The notes below the pieces were generated by a model. The model saw only the letters and a list, made by a program, of their open reading frames with translations, was not told the DNA's origin and did no database searches. A stretch of DNA of 60,268 bases, counting the filler, from Globobulimina sp. (taxonomy: Eukaryota), in assembly GCA_003354225.1 (NCBI GenBank). It is 12 parts of 12 records of this genome, joined end to end, with 100 filler letters (N's around TTAATTAATTAA, not from the genome) between each part and the next. Parts side by side here need not be neighbours in the genome. Positions count along the whole stretch, not along the records: positions 55,351 to 60,268 come from PIVH01000842.1; 11 more parts are not named here. One strand, given 5' to 3'. Below, in pieces: positions 59,474 through 60,268 of the stretch. Made by a program: the position numbers and the translations under genes. Each line of letters starts with the position of its first letter. Position 1 is the stretch's first letter.

Positions 59474-60268
59474 TTAAATAACAGTCATTAATATTTCCCC
59501 GACACATTGTGTAGTAACACGCACTTTTCTGCCATTTTCACGGAAAAAAGTTTCCCACAGTAACAGTTTTGATTGGTTACGATTCATTTTAACAGATTGT
59601 AATCCAATGCCATTCTCAAATTCTAATTGATTTGGCGATGTAATCCCTGAATCAATAATGTTAAGAAAGTGTAATGTTTTGGGTATGTTTACCAGTCTTG
59701 TTACAAATTTACATTCTGTCATAACAAAGTACTTTGCCATTGTGAGAGTAGCATTGCATGCCTTGAAATCAATAACTCCTTGGATTGGATTATTAGAAAT
59801 ATCAACATACTGCAAAGCGAATGGCAGACCAAATGTTACCTCATCTAACCGCGTAAACTGATTATTAGCAATGAATAAATATTCAATACCATCAAATAAA
59901 AACTGTTGTAATGAATCTAAATTATTATCTTCTAAATTAACATCAATGAATGCTGGAATTTTAAATGCATTGTCAGCAATTTCCAAATATTGCAACAGCT
60001 CTTGATTTAAATACGTTTTATTGTTTAATGCTAAATAATGCCCACCGGACCTCTGATATTTTATTATTTCTCTATTAATCATTGGACCGATCATGTTTGA
60101 ATATGTTGTTTTTATTTGTTTTTTGAAATTCTGATCAAAATCTAATCTGTTTGCGGTGCGTGCAATTGTTCCATTTTCTTTTTCTTTTTCTTGGCTCATA
60201 AATGCATTTATTAATCTTCCATAATCGTCTGAGTGTATTGTATTATTTGCAGTTCCTAAATCTCTTTG
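59474..60268 (-). CDS. Leucine-rich repeat protein, paralog of 43860..44861 (5'-truncated)
   Basis: Shared blocks KKQIKTTYSNMI, LLQYLEIAD, NNLDSLQ, SNNPIQG, VTRLVNIP, DSGITSP and FENxIGL. Confidence 0.85.
   Translation of the reverse strand, partial: QRDLGTANNTIHSDDYGRLINAFMSQEKEKENGTIARTANRLDFDQNFKKQIKTTYSNMIGPMINREIIKYQRSGGHYLALNNKTYLNQELLQYLEIADNAFKIPAFIDVNLEDNNLDSLQQFLFDGIEYLFIANNQFTRLDEVTFGLPFALQYVDISNNPIQGVIDFKACNATLTMAKYFVMTECKFVTRLVNIPKTLHFLNIIDSGITSPNQLEFENGIGLQSVKMNRNQSKLLLWETFFRENGRKVRVTTQCVGEILMTVI

Noticed and set aside
1-60268. Alternative genetic code explaining broken ORFs
   Set aside because: Genes end at TAA, TAG or TGA, and nearly all breaks resolve as phase-compatible GT-AG introns.

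Overview
This window is not one locus. It is an artificial concatenation of 12 size-sorted ~4.9-kb contigs (4940 down to 4918 bp) joined by 100-nt N spacers that carry TTAATTAATTAA, so adjacency across spacers means nothing. The DNA is from an AT-rich eukaryote using the standard code, with short GT-AG introns (mostly 49-110 nt). Gene content suggests a foraminiferan or other rhizarian (inference). Recognisable genes: PsuG-PfkB pseudouridine catabolism fusion, RCC1-repeat protein, UIM/NZF-DUF3626 protein, kelch-PPP (PPKL/BSL) phosphatase, CHAT-like protease, decayed non-LTR retrotransposon (RT-CCHC-RNase H), 5'-nucleotidase-like protein, SERINC, SDR, four-domain voltage-gated cation channel, cupin, J-domain protein, two paralogous LRR proteins, 7TM-RGS, isochorismatase-like hydrolase, PMCA-type Ca-ATPase and an OLE1-like desaturase. 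Most unusual: (i) contig 5 is stop-free in one + frame over its whole 4.9 kb, including AT-rich spacer-like DNA and a nested intron-containing antisense gene; (ii) a tail-to-tail pair of tRNA-headed elements with a tandem hairpin array showing compensatory and G-U changes; (iii) a LINE with a ~110-aa RT insertion and RNase H after the zinc knuckle; (iv) a channel with an E-D-S-D filter. All family assignments are by motif recognition only; no searches were run.
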